The notes under the pieces are model-generated. The model ran no database searches, had not been told where the DNA came from, and worked only from the letters and a program-made list of their open reading frames with translations. A DNA stretch of 57,388 bases, filler included, from Sphacelaria rigidula (lineage: Eukaryota): NCBI GenBank assembly GCA_964200075.2. It is 5 parts of 5 records of this genome, joined end to end, with 100 filler letters (N's around TTAATTAATTAA, not from the genome) between each part and the next. Parts side by side here need not be neighbours in the genome. Positions count along the whole stretch, not along the records: positions 34,496 to 45,892 come from CAXNAA020004968.1; positions 45,993 to 57,388 come from CAXNAA020004969.1; 3 more parts are not named here. One strand, written 5' to 3'. The position numbers and the translations under genes are program-made. Below, piece after piece: positions 36,827 to 48,978 of this stretch; position 1 is the stretch's first letter, and every line of letters starts with the position of its first letter.

Positions 36827-39432
36827 GTAAGTCAGAACTTCAACTGATCGCGCACACTCTGGGCAGACAGCAATGCTGATGCATAGCTGCATGCAGTACT
36901 GGTGTAGAGAATGGGGCGGTTGAATCGGCTTCGTAGGGTTGGGGAGCGCGAAGGGAAAACACCGCCGCACCCTGTTCATTCTGCCTGCGTTCCTCTCTTT
37001 TTCTCTTCCATTTCTGTCTGATTGAAATCTTCAACTGCTGGTGGTTACTATGTTATTATTCATCACTCCATCAACCCGTTTCTTACCGTTAATATTTTCC
37101 AGGCAAATTTTCAAAACCCGGTACAGACAGGAGGCGACCTACCTAAGTTTCGTAGTGGTATATCTATGGTTGAGTTTTTCGAACAAATTAACAATATCGC
37201 GAACCCTAACCCTAACCCTAACCCCGACCCAAGGCGTATGAGACCCTCGGGCAAGGGGGGTACGTAGATTTCCCTAGGCAGGGGGTGCGTTGGCAGACCT
37301 GAAATCGACGTCGCAGGCGCCGATTTCGACAAAAACACGTGTTGGACGAGGGGTTCACTGTTCACCTGCCCCAAAGCGTAAATTTCCTCAGAACTTTAAG
37401 TCTAGAATCAAGTAGTCATGTTGTAATCCATATATATAACCCCAAAGCTTTAGGTCTACTGACAGACAGTGCCGCAACATCACCCAAGACGGCTTGCGGT
37501 TGCTATTTTCACAAAGATCCCAGAACAAGAGTTCAAGTCGAGGAATAGATCTCGAGATTGGCGCTGCCGGCTGGATCTTTCTCAGAAAACCGTAGCCGAG
37601 ATGAAGATATTTTGAACATTTATGTTCAAAGCAAGAGGCGGTGAAATTAGAAACGCCCGCCCGCAGGTACCCCAGGCACTTGGAATTGCACAAAAATTGC
37701 GTGGAGACTTTTTTTACTAGTGGGCAACTTGTTTTTCTCTTTCGAGCACTCCGGCTGTTTCCTTGTCCCCTACGCCACCATGCACCCGTCACCTAAATTC
37801 ACGTTGATCAACGCTGTTCATATTTATATACCATTATGCGTCAAATTTCACAATTTGGGATCTTATAAGCTGTCCAGTGTATTGAACTCTACATTATCGA
37901 AAACGTGACTTGCCGCGAATGTACTGTGTACACGTAGCACGTAGCGCGACCACTTGGAAACTCGGCAGTTAAGAACTTGGGCCTAAAGGAAAAAACTTTA
38001 ATAACTTGAACAGATGCTCACTTGTGAGGTGCCAAAAAGAACCAAAAATCGCAACTGACGCACCAGATATATGACTCTTGGCAAAAATTACAGCGAGAAA
38101 ACCTTCAAAATCGGCCAAAATCGGGTAAGTGTTGGTGTCTTTTTTCCCCCAAGTAGGGAAGATGGATTTCGACTGACGTCTTGAAAACTGAAGAACTAAC
38201 ACTCGTAGCTCGTACTGTAAGGTTTTGTTTTCATTTTAACAGTTGCGATCAACACGCAGCCGTATAGATGAGCATTAAACGGAGTTAGGGGGGAAGCACG
38301 GAAGACAAGAGCAGTAGGTGGATGGTGTTTCAACGGTGTCACGATTCGGGGCAAAAAGCAGCCAATGACATTGTACAGTAGTGGCGAGTAGCTAGGGGGC
38401 GCACTGACGAATAACGCCCACCGATAATCGTGATATTTTGATTGTGTATCAACAAGCAGGGGTTGAGTTTCTCCGCGGGTACGCCTCTCGGTGTCCTTTG
38501 CTGCGCATTACCACCGGTGGTCGGTCTTCCAACCAAGCAGTTGTACTTCTTGTGTACCTTACAATGATCATGGGAGGAAACTGATTAGTTTGTGCTGGAT
38601 ACAAAAAACCATGTTGTCTTTAAAGGTCCCAGGCAGGGTAAGGGTTGCCGCTGTTATTGAGGCAAGCCGTGATAACAAGTGAGTGGGAAGAAAAAATGCG
38701 CAGACAAAGCCAACCCGTTGTCTAAATGTGGAAACGCGGGTAATAATGTAAACGGTGTCTATCCTGCGTGGGGCACTCGACTCGTTATCGACATAAGAAC
38801 AAGCACCTGCGAATTCCGTGGCAGGTGGCTGATCAAGAAGAAAAACTTGTCAACGAAGAACAGGCGCGGTTTGGGATGGCCAAAAAGCCTTTGGCCTCGT
38901 GCGAAAAAACAATTTGAGTGGAGGTGCTACCTTCAGTGTACCGTAGTGTAGTGTACTCTATGGAAGCCTCAAATACGGTGCGAAGCTGTAAGGCATGATG
39001 GAAATACATTAATAATCCATGTTATACGTATTCGCGACTGCAATGTCCCCCTTGTCCCCTACCCGGGGGGAAATGCCGTACGCCTCCTTCGACATGCTTC
39101 GAAACCCGTTATATACACGTTAGAACGACAGCTTTGATGCTAAAGTTCTCACTACAGACGGAGCGTACAGGAGTGCGCCCCAGCTTGTAGTACCAATCTG
39201 CTCCTTCGCTCTAGACGCCAAGAACGGCCGGAGTGGGTTTTAGGCGCCTTGGCGAAATTTTGAAAGGATGAAGAATTCGAGGCGGTTTTACGCGAGTTGG
39301 TCATCAAATCACCCATGGTTGACGAATTCCGAGCAAAACTATGTGTATACCCTCCCGCTTCTCGCTCTCTCCGTTCACTCTTGATTCTCAACAACACTTG
39401 GAAAAAAATAACGATGGGTGGGGCGGGAGCAG

Positions 39433-39831
39433 GTTTGGGTACTGTTCAAAAGATATCGACAATTCGTCGCGCTGCGTCAACAGCTCAAGGCTGAGTGCCG
39501 ATCGTCCACAGCACCACGCAATACCCCGGCCAAAAGATCACTTACGGCAGGAGTTGGCAGTGGGGGAACTCACACCAATCACAGCAAAACTTCGACAGCA
39601 GCGAAATCAGGAGCATCTATGGACGCAAAGATGTCGGCGGCACGGGTAGCAGGAGGAGCTGTGCCAGTACCGTTATCATGCTCGGGAGAAGTGATGGGAC
39701 AGACTGCGAGCTCAGAAGCCGTTCGAGATGTGCTGGCGGAATTCACATTTCCGAGCAAGATTGCTATTGCCGGGCCTACTGCTTTGCGGACGGAGAGGAG
39801 GAGATCTCTCAATGCCTTCCTGCAGGCTCTG
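39433..39831 (+). CDS. PX-domain protein exon
   Basis: VWVLFKRYRQFVALRQQLK...FTFPSK...TERRRSLNAFLQAL (RY.F, FP.K and ERR..L..FL PX motifs); CAG acceptor, GTGAGC donor. Confidence 0.9.
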
Positions 39832-40697
39832 GTGAGCGCGCAGGGTCGTGGGAGGGAAAAGCAGAGGGAAGGATGTAGGAAGGGTTGATGACTACGACGA
39901 AAGATTTCACAGCCTTGCCTGGGTGGCACGGCTTGGGATGCAGAACTGGTACGATAGCTATAGCGTACCGCGCAAAATGATACAATCCCCGGTATGCATA
40001 TCAGATGACCGATTTAGTCTTGAGGAGGGGGGACACTTGAATACATGTGGACTAATTTCACCACGATGAGCGAGTTCACCAGTATTTGTTTCTTTACACC
40101 AAAATTAATGGGGACGGGTTAGTGGGGGGATGGAGCGTAGGCGAGAGAGGACAATAGGGGTCGTTTCGGGGGGAAGAACCAGATGATTGTGTTTTTGTCC
40201 CTATTCTGTTGAGAAGTAGCGACATCATCGACGACGATGCGGTCGAAATAAGAGATACATGGCCCCACTGCTCTGTTATTAGACCTTCCCGTGTCGCGCA
40301 GTCGAAGAGCTTTGCTATTTCATGGGCACTTAGGCTCGAGAAGCACGTCAATCTGCGGTTATCCACAAGAAACAACCGCCACGTTGATGACAAACGTATC
40401 TTCTGCACGCTACAAACTTGCGGCTGTTCATCGAAATTTTTGTCATGATTATATAGAGCTCAAGCCTATCTTGCACGAGTGCATGTCTGGTGACCGAGCG
40501 TTCGTTTTTGCGTGTTGGTACCGAACAAACTCAGATACTTCTAGCTGGTGTTTAATTAGGGAGGCACAATATCGCTCACGTGCAGCAAGACAACGTCGTG
40601 CATATGACAAAACAATCGCCAGTTAGCCTGTCCTATTTTTGCCTGTCAACTGTGCAAGGTGCGCGCGTGATTCGCTCGCGTTGGGTTTGCTTTGCAG

Positions 40698-40793
40698 GTT
40701 AGAATCCGGCCCATACCGCATAGCGTGGCCGTCTTCTTGGATATCCTACACGACAATCGGCTGGGCCTCGATCAACATGGGAATTATGTGCAG
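40698..40793 (+). CDS. PX-domain protein exon
   Basis: VRIRPIPHSVAVFLD... completes the last PX helix; 96 nt, phase 0/0. Confidence 0.85.
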
Positions 40794-41123
40794 GTGAATA
40801 CGCTGGCTTTGCCCCCGAGATTGGAGGCTGGCTGTCGGGAGTCATGGTCTCTCAAGCGCCGTGGCCACGATGTATATGAGATTGAAGGGCAAGAGGCTTT
40901 TGATTACTTCTTCACGCTGTGGGAGCGTCGATCTGTGCACAACTGAAGAATCACGTTTCTCGCGCGCTTGATTTCTAATCGTCGCGATGTAGTAACCTGT
41001 ATCAAGCGTCGTGCTCTTGCTGTCCCGACGTTAATAGGTCGGCTGTGAAGCATCATACTTCGAACATATGAAGTTTGGCATTTATAGAAGATGAAATTTG
41101 GCGCTCCGACTCGACGATGTGCA

Positions 41124-41726
41124 AGGTTGTGTTCTGTAGGGTACGTTTTTCTGTATACCCGGGGTATTTTGCCGGGCATTTACCGTACCCGATAGTTTTG
41201 TGACTTCTGTAAGACTTTCATACCGGTACCCGATAGTTCTATAATCTCTGTAAGACTTTCATACCCTTACCCGATAGTTCTGCAATCTCTGTCAGACTCC
41301 CGTGCCGTTACCGGGGTGCACGGGTACGCTTTTGACAAGATACCTGATTGCGGGTACGGTTTTCTGTGCAACCTCCATATCCTACCCGACAGTTTCTGTG
41401 AGTTCTGCAAGCCTCCCATACCCTTACCCGACAGTTCTGTGAGTTCTGCACAGAATGTTTACCTGTACCTGGAGCGCAGGTATGCCCTGAAAGAGTTACC
41501 TGATTGCCGGTACCGGTTTTCTGTAAGCCTCCCGTACCGTACACGACAAGTTCTGTAATTTCTGTAAGACTTTCATCCAGTACTGCTACGCGACAGTTCT
41601 TCTGTAAGCCTCCCATACCCCTACCCGGGGTTCGGGTATACCGTTATAGATATACTGGATTGCAGGTGCAAACACAGGTATATACCTTGGGGAGGTACGG
41701 ATATAGGGTCAATCCAAACACAACCT
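41124..41726. mobile_element. TIR element built of ~42-bp internal tandem repeats, copy 1
   Basis: AGGTTGTGTT...AACACAACCT ends; internal unit ACCGGTACCCGACAGTTCTGTAAGTTCTGTAAGACTTTCAT. Confidence 0.75.
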
Positions 41727-42328
41727 CATGACCTCAACATGTACCTCCCATTCATCGACCCACCCAACCCCTTCATTCAAAACTGCACACCAACAATAAT
41801 TCAGTGTTGAAAAGTTCTTTAGTTTGGGATCTGACGGGATACGAGGTACCGCTGAGTGGAAACACGATACATGATCAGCCCTGCAGACCGTCAGGATGCA
41901 TCACCCCCAAACTCGCGAGTGGTGGCTCGAGCGGGGGTGGTTCATCTGCGCCACCAAAGGATCAAGTGGCAAGACGCACGTCATCGACGTTGATGGTGGT
42001 TGTGTCGTCGTAATCAAACCCCAGGCCGTTGTCGACATTAACAGCACAGAGTATATGAGCTGCCACTGACAGTTGTCAAGGCCGTCGGCGATTCTGTCGC
42101 GTGCCGAAGGGCTTCCAGAGAACGGGCAGCTGTGAATGCTCCTCCGTGTACTCTCTGGGAGTGTACGTGAAACCGATAGATGTTGACGATCCATGCACTA
42201 CTGAGATTGTTCGTGTAATCTTTCTCCATTAACCCCGTGAAGCCGTTCAGAGTTTTCGTGAACTGCCATCTGCATTTCGCCACTGTTGTAGTGACGGAGG
42301 TCCCGCCAGAGGGGTGATGATAATACTG

Positions 42329-42730
42329 AGGTCGTGTTCTGTAGGGTACGGTTTTCTGTAAACCCGGGGTATTTTGCCGGGTATTTACCGTACCCGACAG
42401 TTCTGTAAGCTCTACACGATTTCCATACCGGTACCCGATAGTTCTGTAATCTCCGTAAGACATCCATACCCGTACCCGATAGTTCTGTGAGTTCTGTAAG
42501 CCTCCCGTACCGTTAGCGGGGGGCACGGGTATGATCTTGCGGGTACAGTCTTCTGTGCAACCTTCATACCGGTACCCGACAGTTCTGTAACTTCTGTAAG
42601 ACTGTCATACCGGTACCTGACAGTTCGGTAAGTTCTGTAAGACCTTCATACCGGTACCCGACAGTTCTGTAAGTTCTGCCAGGAATCTCATACCCTACAG
42701 AACATACCTGTACCTCACAGAACACAACCT
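42329..42730. mobile_element. TIR element built of ~42-bp internal tandem repeats, copy 2
   Basis: AGGTCGTGTTCTGTAGGGTAC is inverted against GTACCTCACAGAACACAACCT; same internal unit as copy 1. Confidence 0.8.
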
Positions 42731-42789
42731 TGAAGATGTGCATCTCCTCTGTAGCTGAAACCTTGAAATGTACACGTGAAAGACCGCGG

Positions 42790-43100
42790 CATGGGTTTGA
42801 ACCCGTGTCGGCTACTTTCTTTTGCTCGCAGTGCGTCAGTAGAACACTGTTACTTCACACCGGGTGTCCTCAGTATGTGAGTGTATTCTGTAGGGGAAAT
42901 ATGACATAATAGACGTGCAAGACGTCGGTACGGATTCGAACCCTGTGTCGGCTACATTTGTTTTGCTCGTAGTGCGTGAGTAGAACACTGTTTCTTCACA
43001 CCGGGAGTCGAGTTCGAGTCCTCGGTCGGGTATTTTTTTTCCTGCTGGTGGTGCCGTATAAGAACTCAGTTTTTCTACACCGGGAGTCGATTTTGTCCTC
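42790..43100 (+). repeat. Tandem tRNA-like/SINE-head fragments
   Basis: Three related units containing AGAACACTGTT.CTTCACACCGGG. The middle unit has a B-box-like AGTTCGAGTCC followed by a T run (42965-43040). Confidence 0.45.
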
Positions 43101-43759
43101 CACTGCAATCTTTGCACTTTCTCTCATCATTCAGACCCGCGATCCTATTCCTCATCGTCTCGCAAATTTTGTTCCCATCATCATATTTTCCTGCCCCACT
43201 TCCATCAACCAACATCGTCTTCTCTGTAAACAAACACAATGACCTCAAAGACATCGGTGCGAGCAGAGAGGATGCTACGACATATCGACCGTTGCCCTCT
43301 TTCTCAGTCGCGCTGTGATATTTTCCCTTGCACTTTCCCCCATCGTCTCACCCACAATCCAGTACTCTTTCTCGTCTTATTTCTTCCGTGTACAGCATGA
43401 AATTGTAACCGAGAATCATTTCTCACGAGAGTTCGGCGAGGCAAGAATACCGTGACCCTCCAAGAAGACGGGCGGGTTCGGGGCGCTCTGCTGTCTTAGA
43501 TATCCACTTTTGCTCGCCGTTCATACCCGCAATCCTGGAGGTGTTCACGTGTGTTTTTGTTTTACATGCAAGATGAACATTTCAAGAGAGGATCTATTAT
43601 CACGAGGGCTTGGCAAGGCAAGAATATCGAAACCCTCGAAAACGACGGACGGGACTGGGGCGCAGCCCCGGGTCCCGTGCGACTATTTCATATATACGAT
43701 ACATATCCATCCACATTCAATGTTGTGAATCCTCGCACACAAAACTCGCCACCGTACAG

Positions 43760-45007
43760 GTCACCCGCGCAGACAACATCCTGCCCATCCCTCACTCCCC
43801 AAGCCACCAGCGAAACCCACTGGTAATCTCGACCACCGAGGGCGCGACCGCCGACGGCGGTGCGAAAGCCGACGTAGCACACCCCGGGAACCATTCTTCA
43901 GGGTCCCTGTCCACTATCACCGTTAGCGATGGCTCGCGCTCCTTGCCTCCACCATCCCCGGTAGACGTTGGTGTAGGGAGTGCTACTCCTTCCACCTTTA
44001 CCACGGGTCCAGATGGTGCACATGACCGGGTGCGTCGTAGCCAAAATGATCTTGGTATTAGAAATCAAGAGGCACGATCGGATCTTCGCTCAAGCGTGGG
44101 CACTACAGCATGGCAGGGGGTTCATAGCGGAGGTGTTGCGGTGATGGCGAGGCCTTCGCGGGGGTCGGGGACGGTCTGGGAAGCGGGTACTTGGTCCAGT
44201 TCAGAACAGGACACGGATGAACCAACGGATTGCGAATCCGATGCGGAATCGGGCGATGATGACGGCAGTGGTGCGGGGCAATTCTGTAAGGGCAAGGAAG
44301 GCCAAGAATCCTTCGGTGACGGAGACGGCAGCCTGCCCGGCGGCGGTGGAGCTCCCGCTCCTGCTGACAGCAGCAAGAGCGGCCAGTCTTACGGCGAGGG
44401 TGATGGCGTTTCTGCCCCATCAGACAACGTCGTCGTTGGTGCAGGTCAAGAGTCATCCACTTCCGCTATCTCCAACAACAACAACAGTGACGATGGAAAG
44501 GGTGACGATGGAATAGATGGGGGCCCGCGTTCGTCGAATAACGGCGTTTTCAACGAAGAGGTTGCTCCGTCGGCGTCGGCGCCCATGATCCCTGCCGTAG
44601 ACACGCTGGCTATTTCCCCAGCAGGCCTGTCGGTGGAAAAGTCAGGTGCTGCCCTGCTGCGCCTCAGGGGGGGCGCTGGGACTGGTCAGCTAAAAGGGGG
44701 CGGAGGAGGGACAGATCCCGAGGAAACTAAAGCAGAAGCTGAGAGTGAGGGCTGGAGTATCGTGGCGGCACCTGAAGATGTTTCGGAGCATGATATTCCG
44801 CGAAATAGTGCGTCGCATGATGTGCTGCAAGAACCAGGGGGCAATGGATCAGAGAAAGCCCCCGATGAGCAGCAAGGGGGGCCGGGAAGAGGGGATGTAG
44901 GTGGGAAGGGTGGTGAGCGGGGTGTGGAGGAGAGGAATGCGGAGATGGACCTGGACCAGGATGAGCGTATGATCCAGTGGGAGTTTGTCAACGGCTTTCT
45001 GGAGGAG
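43760..45007 (+). CDS. PX-domain protein, large low-complexity (G/S/D/E-rich) exon
   Basis: 1248-nt open exon inside ORF 43610-45109; CAG acceptor, GAG|GTGACG donor, phase 0/0. Confidence 0.8.
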
Positions 45008-45282
45008 GTGACGAATTGTGGTGCTGCTCATGAATTCGTTGTGTGTTGTGATGGATCGAGTAGTGCATATGGGATTTGCGGAATGGTGTTGATGTTGCGG
45101 TATTACTGACGAGTTTCGACTACTGGTGTCACAGGTATGGGTATCGCTTCTCTGTGAAGGGAACATGTCGTAGTAACGGATTGCATCGCCTTCGACCTAT
45201 CGTCATTTGGCCTCTCCTGTTTTGTTTTTTTTCCGTTCTCGATGTCTGGTGGGCTATCTCACTCTGCTGATGCCTGCTGCAG

Positions 45283-45446
45283 GTTGTCGCGGTCGTGATC
45301 TCGAGGCAACACCTAAATGATGCAATTGGGGCTGAAGAGCGGCAAAGGAGCCTACGATTGTCAGAAGAGGATCGGGATCTTCGTATGGCGGAGTTACTGA
45401 GCTTGGGCGTCGATCTGCCCAAGGATAGGCTCATGATGCTGCTTAG
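45283..45446 (+). CDS. PX-domain protein exon, possible start of a UBA/CUE-like domain
   Basis: VVAVVISRQHL...RMAELLSLGVDLPKDRLMMLL; TGCAG acceptor, GTGAGA donor. Confidence 0.75.
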
Positions 45447-45797
45447 GTGAGAGGGCGGGGGTCGACGAGCGGACCGTCAACTGTGTGTTTGTTCCCGTGT
45501 TGCATGCTCACCTTTTGCTTTGTTCAGTTTTTCTCATCTGCCCCTCACGGTATGCATTCCGCTGTCGAGGGTGAATGTGTCTACTTGGTGCAGTCGTTCA
45601 TCGCCCTTCTGTCCATGGGGTAGCTTTCCGTGGCATTCACAGTGGCACATCCTCGCGATATGGCCGATCGAGGAGGCTGCGGTATAGCCAAGCGAGAGGG
45701 GCTGCGGTGGGTTGGCCAATCGGGAGGCCGCGGTACGGCCAAGCGAGAGAGCTAGAGATGCCGTGGGAGTTTCGCTGCTATAATGATGCCGCATGTC

Positions 45798-45892
45798 ACC
45801 GGTCGCCCTGGTGGCTCAGTTGGTAACCTAGAAGCCTTCTGGCGGTTGGGTCGTGGGTTCAATTCTCGGAGCGATCTAGGATTTTTTCTCAC
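45798..45892 (+). mobile_element. tRNA-derived SINE head, cut by the scaffold end
   Basis: TGGCTCAGTTGG...CCTTCTG...GGTTCAATTC; same family as 20923. Confidence 0.8.
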
Positions 45893-45992
45893 NNNNNNNN
45901 NNNNNNNNNNNNNNNNNNNNNNNNNNNNNNNNNNNNTTAATTAATTAANNNNNNNNNNNNNNNNNNNNNNNNNNNNNNNNNNNNNNNNNNNN
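45893..45992. other. Artificial scaffold linker
   Basis: N44-TTAATTAATTAA-N44. Confidence 0.98.
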
Positions 45993-48879
45993 TGCGACAT
46001 TCCGGGATGGGGGGGGGCAGAACGTTTTTTTTTCATGTTTCTCCCTGTTGTTTCTGATCACGAGCTGGAGTGTTGCCATCAGCTACGTAACGTGCGATCA
46101 TATTTCTTGTCTTTGTTCGTGCTTGTGTTTGTCATTATTTTGTTGTTACTGCTGTTGCTATCTGTTCCTGTTGTTCCTGTTGGTGGTGGTGGTGGTGGTG
46201 TTATCGCTGCCCCCTTTTCTTCCCTTTTGAGGCCGTTGCTTCTGTCGTTCTTTCTGTTCCTTCCTTTTTTTTGTATTTTTTTATTAGTCTGTTCTATTTT
46301 TGCTGCTCCTGACCACGGGCTGGATTGTTGCAATCAGCTAATGTGAGATAATCAATCAATCAATCAACGCGCAATACTAGCACGATCTCGGACTGGATTA
46401 TGACAAGGCTCTACGCGTACAGGGTAACTTCTACAGCAACAATTTTCCAGACGTAACTCCCACAAGACCATCTTTGCGGCTGACAAAGCAAAGGGGATGG
46501 GTGGGCGGGTCCGGGAAACTGTTGACTCGTGATCGCTTGCACTCAGAACATGGGGAGGGGCGGATCGACTTGTGGGCAAAGCTACGATTAGATCGCGCTC
46601 CAAGAGAGTCGACATATTTTACACGCCCCCACGTGCCCATGTGCAGCGTTTTTGCCAAGGAAAAGCAGGGCTTCTTGAGTTCCAAGGGGTCACCCATGCG
46701 AATGAAGGCAAATGCATTTTGATTCTTGGCTACCTGTATTCCTCATGCCGGGGTCCTTCAAGGAGTCCGACGCAACCTTTACACATCCTAGCGAGGAGGC
46801 CAATGACGAATATTGTACAGTAGTTGCTGCAACCTTTCCACTGCCGGAAGACTCATGTATACATTGCACACCAGATAACCTGCCCTCGCGCTCCACCGCT
46901 CAAGAGTTATTAAAAAACCTCATGTTTTACATTTCACGGCCAAATCGCGTAAAACGGTTACATCACTGTCCAAAATTGCGCCGGCGATCACGTCACCGGA
47001 GTGATTTACAGAAAACCCTCCCGATAGTGGTCAGACAAGACGAAGTCGACGATGTCAATACTGCGAATAACCTGAAGATCACCACTATACAAGAAATTGG
47101 TGTAGATCCAGGGATGAGGCTCGGATTTCCTCGATGCGGACGTCAAATTCGTAAATTCTTCCGAATGAACGGATGAGGGTTATGGGGATACAGCACCGCC
47201 ATATCACCAACCCCTCGCCGGTTCACCGCCTCCAGTAGGCTTCACCACTCGGTTGCTGACAGATAGTTCTCGGAAATTACTGGTTTGTGGACAGGTGCAG
47301 TATTGGATTGGAGTGTTAACACCGAAATCCGGATCTTTTGAGGGGGCTATGCTCCTGGCGTGCTGGTAGTGTGCGCGGAACGCGATCTTGTCTGAGTCGG
47401 CGCCTGGGGCGCGGATTTGAGGACCTCGTTCACCGATACGTCGCCGACACAATAGTAGGAGTCATTTAGCCCTGACTGACCGAAAAAGGATTATAGGAAT
47501 ACAGTAACATCACATTAGCAGTCCGTTGCCGGTTTGCCGGTACATCGCGTGCAGTAGCAGTCGTTCAGCAGAGGGTGGGTTCATCACGTGGACTTTGGAT
47601 TTCGTCGCTTTGTTATCGTTTTCCGTATTTCAACCATGTGTTCGTAAGATTGAGAGTCTCAGTCACTGAGTATTATTCGCCGTCACTTGAGCAATTCTTC
47701 ATCTTGCGGGTGCTTTTCTTTGCCTTCAACACTGCCGTGTGCTTACTGCTACACGCCGATATCTCTACTCGGGGACATCAAGGCCTCCAGTGGCAAGCTG
47801 CCGCAGAACGCGTATCGGGCCCCTCGTATGAGGCCCGGAGGGACACTTCGGAACTGAAGTTATATCATTCATTGATTGACCGCTCCTCACTCTTAATTGC
47901 ATCCTAGACTCAAATCTCACGAAAACACCGTAATACGTGGACCTTGGGTTTTGACGTTTTGTTATCGATTTCGATATCCATTTTCTCGAGAGGCGACGCC
48001 GCCCCAGGCCATGCTCATGCTCACCCAAATGGGCCGTATGGCACACAAGGATAAGGATATACTCCTAGGCACATACCCTGGACATCGAATGATCAACTAG
48101 CATTGATCCAAGGATCACGATATACATGTAGGTCCCGAAACTCATCAATCCCGGAGAATGCATGTATATACCGAATGAAATCGCAACGGATATCCTAAAA
48201 TCTGCCTCAGATTCGGAAATCCAACGGAAGTTCAATCTGCGGGTTTCACTCAAGTAGCTTCATGACGTCCCAATATCCGATCTGACGGCAATTTTGCACA
48301 CCACACATTCCATTTCTACTTCAGTCCAGGCGCATTATATCGGCTCCTATCATTATACCTCTTGTTCATCTGCAGACAGCGGTACATGTTCCAAGCTATT
48401 TCGTTCAGTTTTGAACGAGGGGTGACCTTGCATGCCAGAAAAGTTGCCAGGAGTGCAGTTGTTAGTTGAACCTATGTCGGTTTTTGATGTTTGGAGATTT
48501 TGGGGCGAATCATCGGGCCTTGATGACAGCTGCGGCTAGTAGAAGCATGCTCTCCCTAAGGATAGTCTGTGGGCCCAGGGAAGTGCGTGATTGCGCCCCA
48601 GGTATGGCTCACGTCTCCTTTTCAAAAGTTCAAAATACAAGAAAAAAAAACAGGATAGTGCGATGTAGGTCCTGTCCTTTCTTCCAAGAGAGGTCTCGCA
48701 GGGACGATTCGAGGATTCACATCAAAAATATTCTCGTGATCCTGACTTTCTCTTCTTCCGTGTGCCACCTGTTGAATCGGCTTCAATTTCACTTGAAAAA
48801 ATCATGCATCATCCAGATGAACTTTTCTCGCCGTTCAAGGGTTCAGGGGGTGTTTCAGCACAATACCTCGAAAATGTGA

Positions 48880-48978
48880 GGTGGAAAAAGAAAATTCCGA
48901 TCTGAAGGGTCGTGATTTCAGCTTTTGTCAATGATGTTGAGGTCACGACCACTCAGATCGGAACTTTCTCCTTCCACC
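48880..48978. repeat. ~100-bp palindromic repeat (related copy ~16795-16892)
   Basis: GGTGGAAAAAGAAAATTCCGATCTGA...TCAGATCGGAACTTTCTCCTTCCACC. Confidence 0.65.

Noticed and set aside
45575-45826. Terminal exon of the PX gene
   Set aside because: Candidate acceptors give no convincing continuation of the UBA-like region, and the ORF runs into a SINE.
46474-47176. ORFs containing FDSWLPVFL as a host gene
   Set aside because: Frameshifted, no supportable splice model, and only one weak motif.
47990-48400. Decayed minus-strand coding-like stretch, possibly viral
   Set aside because: Many stops and no motif I could assign.
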